From: Moniliella sp. 'wahieum'
Lineage: Eukaryota
Assembly (NCBI GenBank): GCA_003971905.1
Contig: RSEE01000175.1
Location: forward strand, 1-36,594
Direction: 5' to 3'
Length of the DNA: 36,594 bases
Positions 21,244 through 33,050 of the stretch are shown piece by piece (within the stretch, counting starts at the first letter, position 1; every line of letters starts with the position of its first letter). The notes under the pieces are model-generated. The model saw nothing but the letters and a program-made list of their open reading frames with translations, made no database searches and was not told the origin of the DNA. The position numbers were made by a program, and so were the translations under genes.

Positions 21244-21634
21244 CCGCCTTTTGTCGTCGGCTGGCTTTTCAAATTTCAGCGGGCACTAGCGCAGCAGTAT
21301 TAGTACGTTGGCCAAGTCCCTGCTGGGAAGAGAAAAGATTCAGTCTTTGCATATCGAGTGTCTCCGCGGCAATAACTAAGCGTGATCTATAGACCGGTGC
21401 GATCTGTTGTGCGGGGGGTTTGCTAACGGAGGATTTGGGTTATGCCACTGCAGAGCTTTCCGCACGGCACCGCAACCGTTGGCCTCTCCGTTTTACCGTC
21501 ATGCCAACTCAGGAGCCGAATTGCCACCTCGTTGTCAGGCTTCTGAACATCTTGGGCACCACCTTGGCCCAGTTCTTGTCACGGGCGGGCGCACTGGGTT
21601 ACGCGCTTGGGCTGATTGACGGGTCTGAGCGGGA

Positions 21635-22264
21635 TTAGGGACAAAAGGAGAGGCCTCTTGGCGTATAGCAAAGACGGGCTGCAAGTGTGGCAAGGCTGCG
21701 TAGCACCGGCATGGGCGCCGATAGTAGCGTGTCTGAAGACTTTGCGCTCAGGGACGGGGAGGGAGTGGTTAGCAGCTGTGGGCCTACATTGCCTGACTGG
21801 AGCTGGACTGGGATTGGGGGTGGCGTTTTGCAGGAAGCGGGATCACACGCGGCTGAACTGAGCTGGGCTTCGACGTGGCACGCGGGAGGCACGGGCGAAC
21901 TGGGTTGTCTGAGGGACACGCAGGTGCTGAAGACGGGAGCTGGAGAACAATGAGCTGAAGCGGGGGAGCAAGTAAGAGGGGGAGCTGCCTGTACCGGAGC
22001 TGGGGGTTGTGTTTGGCGATCGATGGACTGGTATCTTTCTCCTCTACTCCTACTACCTCCCTGCATTCCGTTTGGCTGGAGGTTTTCTGCGCCTATACGA
22101 CACGAGGGTCCTATTATCTCTCACGCGTGCAACAGAGCGTGTTTTAATTGCTTTGCGGTCATCACTGAAGTATACTCTTGAGTTGGAGGCGTGATGCGGG
22201 GTACGATCCACTCGAAGGAGCAGCCAGAGCGTTGGTGGGGTCCGGGGGGTGGATATGCCAGCAT
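21635..22264 (-). CDS. Possible low-complexity hypothetical protein divergent from ASA1
   Basis: ATG in a CGCCATG context like neighbouring genes, followed by overlapping Pro/Ser-rich ORFs. No family motif. Confidence 0.25.
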
Positions 22265-22463
22265 GGCGGACTAGGCAAGGTGGGGCAGGCGGCTGCGAGG
22301 AAGGCAGGCAGCGATCGAGGAGGAGCTCTCTTTCGCGTGGGATTGCGGTCCGTGCACCTCCCCCCCGATTGGAAAAAGGAACAGTGGAATCATGAACAAT
22401 TGAACAATCGCTGTTCTTGGTCCCATCTTCCTCCTCGGCCTCACCAGCCTGCCCGCCACCGCC

Positions 22464-24395
22464 ATGCTGCGTCCTGCCGCGCCCGACGGAGCCCGAGTGG
22501 GTGCTGCGGCAGCACATGCCCCACGCGGTGCACGACGTGTCATGGTACGCGCCCTATGGCGCCGGCGAGGCTGCCGCCCGCCCGCCGACCTGTGGCTCGC
22601 CGCTGGCGACGCGCACGGGCAGGTTAGCATCACGTGGCTGGCGACCTACCGCCCCGCGCGCTGTGGCACGCGCATTCCGATGCCATCCTGGGTGTTGAGA
22701 TGGTCGATTCGGACACGGTGGTGACGTAGGTTCTTGTATGCTGTTCCTCCCTGCACGTTGGCTAACTCGCCTGCTCCTTCCGCCTTCCGCAGCCAGGGTA
22801 GGGACAACAAGTTGCACGTCTGGCGTCTACCGCGGCGCGCTATGGACCTGACCACCCGTTCTGCCCAGGCCAATCCTCGCTTACCTTCTTCTTTGCGCGC
22901 TGCGCTTCCCTCTCCGACTTGCCTTTTGTCTGTCGACATTAATGCGCTCAACTACTGTCGCTTTTCGCTCTTGTCCCTTACTCCCGACCACCTGGTCGTC
23001 GCACTGCCCCATACCCTCGACAGCGCTTACGTCGCGATCTCCTCCACCTCGACCTTGTTCGTCGCACTGTGCAGCGGGCGTACAGTGCAGTGGGCGCCCC
23101 CGATTTGGCTTCGGCCGCGGCACACCAAGCTTCCCGATCGGCCATCGTCATGGCCCTTCATCTCTTCTCCCTGCCCCCCCAGGACAAGGACAAGGACAAA
23201 GATAAGGACAAGGATAAGGACAAAGGAAAAGGCAATGACAAGGGCAAGGGCGGGGGTATGGAGAAGGGCAAGGAAAGGAAACCACCACTCTTTCGGACAG
23301 GAATGCACGCACGAGCAGGGACCAGGACAAGGCCACTTTACCCGACGGCACCCACACTGTGTACTTACTGGTCGGGTACGAAGACGGGCGCATCACGTTT
23401 GGCACCAAACGCGCACCACTTCCATGGACACGGTACATACCCCTACGGCGCACGAAACAAATGGCTACTCAACGCTGGCCCTGTACGACCCGTCGGACTG
23501 GCAAGTGGTGTGGAGCCGAGCCCAGCACTCGGATACCGGTTCGTCCTTGTCTCCGTTGCACGTTTTTAAGTGCGATTTTGGGGCGCTGGTCACTAACTCA
23601 TCCCGTCTTTTGGGTGTTGGTTATTGGGTTCGTTTGGGTGTTTTGGGTATTTGATCGTTTGTTCATTGGATATTTTCGCGGGGGGGGGGGGGGGGGGAGG
23701 GTGGGGGGGGGGGGGGTATGGTTAGTCCTATCGCTCTCGCTCTCGGAGGACGCGACGAGGGCCTGCTCCACCTCAGCCGACGACGGTTAGCCAGCTTTCC
23801 GCTGTTGGAATCTGGACTACCGTCGCAGGATGCGGATGCAGGATTGCAGGAGGGGTGCAAGTGGAGACCCATCGGCCTGGTCGCACCTGTTCTTCCCTCC
23901 GTTCGGACGGACGTGTGCTGGCAGTAGGCGATTGGGGTGGGGAGATTCGGTTGTACGATGCTACTACCTGGCTGAGTTGGCGCAAGAACGATTTTTTTCC
24001 GTCACAAGTGTCCAGACCTTGTCGTTTGCCCCGGATTTGCGTGAGGGCGTGGCAAAGCGAGGGAGACAGGGTGCGAAGCCCAAGCGACTTACTCACTCTG
24101 TGGACCTAGCAAGCGATTCGGACGAAGAGGATGAGGATGAGGATGAGGATGACGACGAGGACAGGATGACGACAAGGAAGACCAAGTGCAAGACCACGAT
24201 CGCCATCCAGCCGAACCGGAATATGACTCAAAGCGGGAAGCGGGAACCGAGATCCAAAGCAGAACAGGGTGGCGTACCTCGTATGATCCTCGATCGCGTC
24301 ACCGAGTGGCGAGTGCTTATCGTTGGCTTGCTGCTGGTGGCAAGGATGGACGGATTGCGATTTTGGATTTGGGCTATCTTGATTCGGCTCGGTAA
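22464..24395 (+). CDS. ASA1: ASTRA-associated WD40 protein Asa1 (GNB1L-like)
   Basis: PEWVLRQH, LAAGDAHGQV, QGRDNKLHVW, DINALNYCRFSL, LLVGYEDG, RSDGRVLAVGDWGGEIRLY and WLAAGGKDGRIA. Introns at ~22726-22792 (GCTAAC branch point) and ~23539-23725. Confidence 0.8.
23680..23716 (+). repeat. Poly-G tract inside ASA1 intron 2
   Basis: About 37 nt that are almost purely G. Confidence 0.85.
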
Positions 24396-24525
24396 TGCGG
24401 CCCGCGCAAGGCACCCTTGGCTCGACATTGAGTAGGCTCGATGAGGGAGAAGCGCTTGGAACATGGAACCCCTTGGTTCGTTCCCCTTGGAGGGCACCAC
24501 CCACGGTCACAAAATCAAGCGACGA

Positions 24526-25666
24526 CTAAGACAACGACAATGAGAATGACACGTAGAAAGTGGACGTACCAGTCGGCATACCTTTCCTTGTTCCTGTCCT
24601 TATCCCCCAGACGTCGAATCTCTTATGGCGCGGTGACGTGGTGATGCGGGACGCGGCATCGATCGGATCCTCCACTGCCGACCTTTTTTCCCCAAATGCG
24701 ACCCCCCACCCTCCTTTACGACCTACTCCGACCTCCTCCGGCGTGGTCAGTGCCGATTGGCGCTTCTTGTGTGTGTCGTCAAGCATCTGGACCCCCGCTT
24801 TCTCTCATCACCACCCGCTACCACGCCCCTCCCCTCCATAATTGCACTTTTATGCGGAACAGCGATGCACACGAGCGTGGGTAGAGTCTCTGTCCCCGAC
24901 GAAGACGGCGCAGAAAGGGATCGGGGCGGGACAACATATCAAACAAGTTCCATTGGCATCGTCAAAAGCAAACACACCGCAAAGGGGGGCATTGGTCCCC
25001 GTACAGGTTAGGCCGGCGGGATCATAGTCGCATCTTATAGGCGTTGAGGACTGTACGGGGAGCAAGTGACGGCGATGCGTCCACTGGTCCACCACCTCGC
25101 ATTAACACGAATGATGGTTATAGCACTCCGTTCAGGAGTGGCTCTGGCACACTCGACAGATGGATCCTCCGTTTCTTCATCAGTTGGACAAAGAACAATA
25201 ACCACAGCCGCAAAGGGAGTTGTGATGTGGATAAGCAAGATGGCGGCACGTGGGCGGAGCCGTGTGCCTCCGTTCCTGGCGCAGACCCGGGGGACAGGGG
25301 GCTGAGGACAAAATGCGCATCAGCATTTTTAACGGTCTATGGCCCTATAAGGTTGATGGGGATGGTCGATGGGGAGCGTTGAACGTTGAGGCTCGGGCTG
25401 CCGCAGGTGTGTCGACCCCACCACACAGGGGTCCGTCGATGGCGACGAGGATGAGAGAGGAGTACATAGAGTTGCTCAGCCTGAGCGCTGAGCTAGCCTC
25501 TTCACGCTTCCTTCACGGCTGACTTGAGCGGCTGAGTGCTGTGCGACGGCAGGGGGGCAGTGTGGCTGCCCCGCTCCACCCAGTCACAGCGTCCGAGCAC
25601 ACACAGGCGCTGTGCCGGCGCCACAGTCTCAGCATGCCCCGCACGGCGGCAGTGCTTCTGTTGCAT
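24526..25666 (-). CDS. Possible frameshifted hypothetical protein (weak PPR-like helical segments)
   Basis: ATG at 25666 in a CGCCATG context. Fragments LWLLFFVQLMKKRRIHLSSVPEPLLNGVL and RTVLNAYKM lie in different frames and cannot be joined confidently. Confidence 0.25.
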
Positions 25667-25835
25667 GGCGTCATCGTCGCCCGTGTGCTTGGATTGATGA
25701 TTGCTCGATTGCGTCTGCTCTGCCGGGTTGCCGCAACCCGCACTGCTGTCCTCCGTCTCCTCCTCCATCTCTTCCATCTCTTCCATCTCTTCCACCGCCC
25801 CTCCATCGCCTCCACCGGCCCTCCCCCCCTTCGCC

Positions 25836-26682
25836 ATGCACGCCTCGCCCTACCGCCCCGACCTGCTGCGCTTCGGCCCGCACCTCGCGCTTGCTGGCCA
25901 ATTGGCGACCCTGCCGGCCCAGCACCAAGCCAAGCTGTCGTGTGTGCGGGAAACGTGTGCGCCCAGCCCCGCGCACCCCCCACGCACCGGAGACACAACT
26001 CCAGTTCCTACTTCCCCCTCTCCGCGCCGGCGGCCCTCCTCGTCGTGCTGCGCATCCGCCGCGCAACGCACACGATCCTTTACTCGCCTCCACCACGCAG
26101 ATGGCCCGAGTACCCCGCCACGCCCCGCTCTCCGCGCTCGTGGATGTACCCGTGCCCACCGCGCGTGTGAGCCTGGTGTGTGCCTGTGCGCTTGTGATCA
26201 CCGAGCGCTGAGCCCTTACCTGACTTACCCCACGGGTGGGTGGTTGCGAGGGCGAAAAAGACGTTCTGGACCTGATTTCGACTGTATTTTTACTGCATCG
26301 TCCGTGCCCCCCCCCCCCCCCAAGTTGGACTGCTGCGCTTATGCTGCTGCAGCTGTTCGCTCCGGCACATATTCCTACGACGGCTACTGATTGCGACTTC
26401 TGCTACATTCACTACTGCTACTCTACACTAGTATTCTACCCTACTACTACTATTCTGCTGTTCTGCCTTCCTACTACTACAACTATACAACTATACTGTA
26501 ACTACCACGAAACAAGTACAACGACAACAAGTACTACTATTACAACTACAACTTACAACTTGCTGCCTGCTGCACGTTATCGTGACATCCATGTTCATAT
26601 TTTTCGGCCTTGGTCACTCGTCGCTCTCCCCCTCCTGATCGCATGTTGTGCACTGTGCATCCATTTGCAACCCAGAAAGTAA
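25836..26682 (+). CDS. Candidate small OB-fold protein, Ten1/RPA14-like (spliced, frameshifted)
   Basis: CGCCATG start. Joining frames gives LALAGQLATLPAQHQAKLRVCGK, a GT..CAG intron at 25955-26004, SYFPLSAPAALLVVL, then SALVDV (26131-26148). A possible GTGAGC donor lies at 26167, followed by ORF 26236-26682. The motif order resembles fungal Ten1 as I recall it. Confidence 0.4.
26405..26556 (+). repeat. Degenerate (CTA/ACA)n low-complexity tract
   Basis: Repeated CTACTA / ACAACT triplets; Thr-rich if translated. Confidence 0.8.
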
Positions 26683-27112
26683 CGCATAGTATCAATAGCA
26701 TCAATGGTGGGTGGCTGGCACCGCCAACGACGTGAGTATGTGAGCTCTTATCATCCTGTTCTTGTGGTTTTGCCCAGCGTTCAGCGCACGTACGACGATC
26801 TGGCGCCCCACGAGCACTCGCTCGGACCTGTCGAGCGAATCGGCCCAGCGCCCTGCGCCGCAACAGATGCGGAATGGCAAATGGAAATATAAAAAATAAA
26901 AATAAAAAATGAAAAATGCAACATGAAATTTACACCGCCAGTTAACGACAGTTGCCCTGGCTGAACTCGAAGCCTGACGCGTCGGGGACGCTGGAGCATT
27001 AGAGCCGGGCAGGAATGCTCGCCTTCCACCACCATTGCCACCACCCCACGAACTTCGTCCTGCACATCCTCTCCGCCGCCGCGACAGTTGCCGCTTGCCC
27101 ACGCCATCCGAC

Positions 27113-30100
27113 ATGCCATCCGCAGGGCAAAAACGCAAACGACCTCCTTCCCGCGCGGGAGAACAAGGCCAATCGTCCCTGCTATCCTTCTTTCTCCCTC
27201 CGCGCTTTCCATCGACGTCGACAGACGCCACAGATGCGGTTCCCACGGCGTTCCATCGACCGACGCAACATGCGGGTCTACGCTGTTGCGCGCGGTGCCC
27301 GCGCCTGGATGTTTCTCCCTCCGTGCGCCCACGACGGCGGAGGAAGAGGAGGCTGATCTGCGGCAAGCGATCGCAGCCAGTTTGAACGAAGATCGTGCCA
27401 ATGGACCGTACCTTGCGCTTCGTCTATCTTTCTCAGTCCCCCCAGAGGCCGGAGTGGGTGGTATGCCGAGGGTTGTGAGGTGATTGATGTGAGTGAGGAT
27501 GGGGCCTCGCTGCCCCCAGCCCAGGTAACCTGCGTCTCGCCCAGTCCTATTGGCTGCAACGTGGACGAGGGGAAGGACGAAGCGAACGAATGCGAAAAAC
27601 AAGACACGCAAGAACAGCAACAACAAGAACACAAAACAGCAAGACACACCAAACGAACAAGACCATGAGCTATGGGGTCGCTCTTATGCTTCTCGTAGCA
27701 CAGCCGCCACTGCAGTTCCCCAAATGACCTCGACTGTGGAGGGCAGCAGAATGGGACGAAGATCAGGGAGGCCAGTGGGCGAGGTGAGAGCAGTCCTTTA
27801 GGATTGGCCGATTCGACCAGGGCGTACCTCATCGCACCTTGTCTCCACCCGGCCCCATTACTTGGGAAGCGAAAAACCCGGACCTGAGGCCCCAACCGAC
27901 CCGCCGATCGAGACGAAGGCCGGACCAAACCCCCAACCAAAAGCAAGGCCAAGACGGAACCCAAGCCAAGTCCCAGGCCAAGACCAAGCCCCAGGCTAAG
28001 GCGGAACCCAAGACCAAGCCCCAGGCCCAGGACAAGATCAAAGGAAGGCCAGTGCACCGCGCCGTTTTACAAAGTGCTGCAAGGGATGCCATTAGCTGTG
28101 ATGCATTTACGTATGGCAAGATCGAAGGATGTCAAGGGTACTTTCTTACGCACTTCCATTCGGATCATTACGGTTCGTTAAGTCTACCTGGACACATGGG
28201 ACGATCTACTGTTCCACGTTGACTGCGCGCTTGTGTGAACAAATCCTCGGTGTGGACCGACGGTTCTCTACCCCCCTGGAATTTGATAGACCCTTTGAGA
28301 TTCCTCACACTGGTGGGGTACACGTGACGCTGGTATGTGCGAACCATTGTCCTGGTTCGGCACTGTTTCTATTGAAGGTCCGTGTACGTACGATCTGCTC
28401 GATCCGACCTTTGCCTCTGGAAGGATAGGAACACGGTCGGTACGGTACCTGCACTGCGGAGATTTCCGTGCTTCGCCACTGCACGCTTTACCGGCGCTGC
28501 GGAACAAACCGCTGGACTTGGTCTACCTCGATACGACTTACTGACCCCAAGTACATTTTCCCTCCGCAACCGGTGGTTATCCAAGCGTGTCTCGATCTCG
28601 CGCTCGCCTCGGTCGCTCGCCTCCTGCCCAAGGATACCAAGTGGCGTCCGGGCGGAAAAACAGGACCAAGAGTACGGCGAAGAAGGACGAGAACGTGGGG
28701 AGAGGACGAGGACGAGGACGAGGATGAGGTCGAGAAAGAGGGAGAGGAGGGAGAGGAGGAGGGGAGGGGACTGCGGCGGCGCCACTGCTGGTCGAACCCG
28801 ACAACTGACCCTCCCATTTGGTCCTCGATGTGTGCCGCGTGGTCCGCCCCCCGGTCCTTTGGTGGGACTGGGACGAGGGATGAGCGCTCCTCAAGCCCAA
28901 TCCCGAGCCCGATCCAGCCCGATCCCAAGCCCGATCCCGATTCCGAGCCCAAGCCTGATCCCGATCCGAGTGGACACGGCACGCCGAGTGGGCCCTTACC
29001 TGCTGGAGAGGGTACAGAAGTTCCTGCGGGTCAAGCTCGGGACATGTGTCGGGAATCTGGTGTGGTGGTGATGGTGGGGACGTATACGTTGGGCAAAGAG
29101 CGTTTGATCCTTGCGCTAGCCGAGCGGTTGAACACCAAGATATTTGTGCTCAGGCGCGCCAACATGAGCTATGGAAAAACGGTAGCCCAGTGCGCGAGCG
29201 AGCAGCGATCTGCCCGAGCTCGAACGGAAGTCGAACGAGACTGTGACGAACGAGGCTGCGACGAACACAACGAGCGCAACGAGCGCGACCACCTAGACCA
29301 CAAGACCAAGGGGGGGAACCTTCCGGACCCAACGCGGGGGGGAGGGTAGAGGGGGCAGATACCGTGCAGCCTCAGTACTGTTAGAGGAAGAACTATCTTT
29401 TTCGCGTCTAGCGGAACGGTTAACGACCGACGCGACCGAAGCTGGGGTACATGTCGTTCGACTTGGAGCCATCACACCGGACCACACAAGAGCTTATATG
29501 CGCCAATTGGCCTTCCTTCGAACGCAGCGGTGTCCCACCGTTGCGCCTGTACGCCATGCACTGTGTATCCGTCCAACGGGGTGGACGTTCCGACCGAAGC
29601 GACCGGCAAAGCGGGCCCCGCGTCCTGCCCCTACCACTTCTACCACTTCTACCAGCACATGCATCGTCGGGCCGGACGGAGCGCGAGGTACTCGGCGTCG
29701 AGCTCAGCTGGTGCGACGGCGTGGTGGGACGCGGGACGTACGACGACGCGTGGACCCGTTGACGATGGTCTGAAGGACGTGCATGCGGTATCCGCTCTTG
29801 GCAGCAAGAAGCATTCACGGTGCAGGATATCGTGCGTCGCTCGACCCGCATTTGGGCGGGTCAAGAGCAAGTCCAAGACCAAAGCCACAGCCACGGCCAA
29901 GGACGAGGACAAGGACAAGAGCAAAACCCAGGCCAAGGACAAAAGACAGACCAAGACCAAGGTGCGGGAGGGGTGAGACCGGTGGAGGTGGAGGTGGAAG
30001 TGGTTGAGGTTCCGTATAGTGAGCACTCGAGTTTTGTACGTCCCCTACTTTCCCCTATGCTTGGTGCCAGGTGGGCAAGAAGCGTGAATGGAACGCTTCA

Positions 30101-30250
30101 CGCTTTTCGCTTACGCTGTACGCTGTACGCTGTACGCGCCGGCGTTTGGCGTGGGAGGAGCGCTGAAGCGTACCGCCACACACAACCGCAGTACGAACAA
30201 GCACAGAGAGTTACTAACACCTAGATCTACCATGTCTGTATGTCTATGTA
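27113..30250 (+). CDS. PSO2: DNA cross-link repair nuclease Pso2/Snm1 (metallo-beta-lactamase/beta-CASP); 3' end uncertain
   Basis: DAFTYG, YFLTHFHSDHYG, IYCSTLTA, ANHCPGSALFL, YLHCGDFRA, VYLDTTY.DPKYIFPPQ, VGTYTLGKER, RPTGW and VPYSEHSSF. Confidence 0.9.
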
Positions 30251-30678
30251 CCATGTGTACGTGTACGTGTACGTGTAGTGTACGTGTACGTGTACGTGTT
30301 TCTGGTGGGAGCAGCTGGAGTTAACGGCGTTTGCCGTAACCTTGGGACGGTGGCGGCGGATGATCCCGACGGTCGGGGTGGGCTCAGCGGGTGGGCGAGA
30401 ACGTATGCACGCGCACCTTGCTCGTTGGTCCGCTGCTGCTTCGGCTTCGGTGGCGGCGGAGGAGGCAGCGGCGTCAGCGGCGGTGGCGTGACCTCGGCTT
30501 CGGCGTCGGGGTTGGCCTCGACGTCGGGCTTGGACTTGGGCTTGGTCGCAGGTGCGGGTACGGGTGCAGGTGCGGGTGGGGAAACGACGATGGCCAAGCG
30601 GGTGGAGCCCCGTGGGAGACGTACTACTAGTGGCTGCACGTCGTGGGGCGAGAGGGGCACAAGACGAGTGGCAGGCAT
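30244..30678 (-). CDS. Possible small proline-rich hypothetical protein
   Basis: 144-codon ORF with an ATG start; low complexity, no recognisable domain. Confidence 0.25.
   Translation of the reverse strand: MPATRLVPLSPHDVQPLVVRLPRGSTRLAIVVSPPAPAPVPAPATKPKSKPDVEANPDAEAEVTPPPLTPLPPPPPPKPKQQRTNEQGARAYVLAHPLSPPRPSGSSAATVPRLRQTPLTPAAPTRNTYTYTYTTRTRTRTHGT
30256..30298. repeat. (GTGTAC)n microsatellite
   Basis: Tandem GTGTAC units. Confidence 0.9.
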
Positions 30679-30832
30679 GAACGTTGGAACTCATGAACTC
30701 ATGAACCACAGTGGACTTATGGGCCAGCTACTTGTACTCGTTGCGTCATCAGCGTGCAATGCAATCGCAAGCAATCAGGAATGGTTAATGCAATGCAATG
30801 GTTATGTGCTGCCTTTGCCAGTTCTTGGTAGA

Positions 30833-30921
30833 CCTGGTTCTAATTCTGGTTCTGACTCTGACCCTGGTTCCGGTTCCGGTTCTGATTCTGACTCTGACTC
30901 TTGACTCTGACTCTGATTCTG
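30833..30921. repeat. (TCTGAC/TCTGGT)n hexamer microsatellite
   Basis: Degenerate tandem hexamers. Confidence 0.9.
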
Positions 30922-31194
30922 GCGCTCAGCCACGTAGGTTCAACGAGGACGAGGACGCGAGGACGTTGATAGCTACGAGCTGGGCAATCAGACGTCCCAC
31001 ACATAGGAAGGCCTCCCGAAAGGAAGGGGCCGAGACAGATGTATACCAATGCAGCCAGGCAGCCAGGCAGCCAGACTCACACACAGATACCGACACCGAC
31101 ACCTAGACAGAGGGAACCACTTACCCGGCGCGCAGGGCAGCGCCGGCTGTTCCCGGGCTGGACGGAGCAGCTGGAGCGTGGAAGCAAGGGTGGT

Positions 31195-32866
31195 TTAAGG
31201 CTTGGCGCGACCTGTGTAGCGCGGGTAGAGGGAGCATTCGCGAACAGTGTAGCGGTTGGTGAGCCAGGCGAGGAAGCGTTCGATACCGAGACCGTACCCT
31301 CCGTGTTCGCAGGTCCCGTACTTGCGCTGGTCAGTGTACCAGTAGTACGGTTCGGCCGGGATGCCAGAACTTTTGTACGCATCGAGAAGTTCCTTTTCGT
31401 TGTCCATACGCATGGATCCGACGATTTCGCCTACGCCCGGCATGAGGAGGTCGACCGATTCAGTGAAGCGTTCGTTGCCCTTGATGCGCTGCATGTAGAA
31501 CGACTTGATTTCGCGCGGGAAGCCCGTGAGGAGGATGGGGACGTTAATTGCGTCTGTCATCTTACGTTCGGCTGCTTCGGCAATATCGTCGCCGACCTTA
31601 TGCGGCAAGCCTTCTTCGTTGGTGATGCCGTGCTGGTTGAGCCAGGCAATGGCATCGGTATAGTCCATACGTTTGAATGGGCGGCTAGGGGGTTGGAATC
31701 CCGGGTTAAGCTGTTCCACCAACGCCTTCATCTCTGGGTCCGAGAGCAATTATCGATCGTGCCGGCAATCACATCTTCCAAGTGAGTCAGCAGCTCTTCA
31801 AAGGTGATAAACGCCAACTCGCCTTCGAGGTGCGTGTACTCGGAGAGGTGACGACGCGTATGCGACTTTTCAGCCGGAAGGATTCTTGAATACAAAAGCA
31901 GTCGCCCAACGACGGCAGGACAGTTTCGAGGTACAACTGGACGATTGGGTGAGGTAAGCGTCCTCGTCATAGTACTTTAAATGGAAGAGAGTTGAACCAC
32001 CCTCGACGGAAGTTTGGACCATGCAAGGCGGAGTGACTTCGGTCAAGCCCAAGTCCTCCAACGTTGCGCGGAAAGCTTTGAGCACGCCCGAGCGGACCTT
32101 AAGTACGGCCGAGGCGGTCTGACCACGAATGACCAAGTGACGCCGGTCCGCAAGATGGACGGATCGGCATCTTCGCAATCAAGTTGGTCACGGCCTCGTC
32201 GCCACCGGGGGCTTTCCCAATGACCTGCCACCAGTCAACAATCATTCGTGTCCGCCTGGCGCCTCTTTTCCTCCGGGACGGGTTTGAGCGTGCCGCGCAG
32301 TTCGACCGAACTTTCCAGCGTGAGCGTGAGCGCGTCAAACGTCTGTGTGCACACGTGCCCTGGAGGATACACTGGAGGTACCCCGTGCCATCGCGGAGCA
32401 CAATAAACGTCAAGTCCTTTTGGCTGCGAAGACGATGAACCCAACCAAAGACTTTGACGCGTTCGCCGCGGTGCAGGGCAGCCTTGTTGATCTTAATCTT
32501 AAGTGCGGGCTTGGAATCGGTACCGAGGGAAATGGACTTGCTAGCTTCGAGTTTCTTGTTCTCTTCCTCAGCTTGGGCAGCGGCTTTGGCCTGGGCTTCC
32601 TTTTGCTTTTGCAATTTCTTAATCTGCTGATCGGCGAGCTTCTTGGCCCTTCTTCAGTCCCGAGGCGGTGAGCGGGACAAAGCCATCGGAATCGGCCAAG
32701 GCCTTCTCCTTGTCGTCGAGCGGCGCGGACTTCTTGATCCACGGGGCTACGTCCTGGCCCTTGATGGCCAGCGCCGTGGCGGCCGTCTTGAACGGAGCAG
32801 CTTTGGTGCCGTCGGCCGATTCGTCCGAGCCAGCTGCCTCGTCGACATAGACTGGGCGACAGAAAT

Positions 32867-32905
<39 letters not shown>

Positions 32906-33050
32906 GGAATGGTCAGGAGAGAAGAGGGCGGGGAGACGAAAGAAAGGCGGTGGCTGGCGTACCTTTGGTAGCAGATGCAGGGGTGGGCGTGTCGTGGCCA
33001 ATGCTGAGCTTGGCAGCGGCGTCGGCCAAGGTGTCCTTGACGGCGGGCAT
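31195..33050 (-). CDS. DED81: Cytosolic asparaginyl-tRNA synthetase
   Basis: VYVDEAAGSD..GT..APFKT N-terminal domain, RVKVFGWVHRLRSQK..FIVLRDGTGYLQC, TSVEGGSTLF, AYLTQSS, AEKSHTRRHLSEYTHLEGEL, TESVDLLMPGVGEIVG, YYWYTDQRKYGTCEHGGYGLGIERFLAW and YPRY.GR..P-stop. Intron at 32852-32962. Confidence 0.97.
32866..32905. repeat. (ACAG)n microsatellite in the AsnRS intron
   Basis: About 10 tandem ACAG units. Confidence 0.95.

Noticed and set aside
25836..26211. Cgi121 or Pop8 identity for the small ORF
   Set aside because: The resemblance was superficial; the Ten1-like motif order fits better, though it also remains tentative.
31195..33050. Multiple frameshifts in AsnRS (and in OPT, MFS, ASA1, PSO2, carboxypeptidase) read as pseudogenisation, programmed frameshifting or RNA editing
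   Set aside because: The indels hit all genes, including an essential one whose motifs are intact. Uncorrected long-read error is the simplest explanation.
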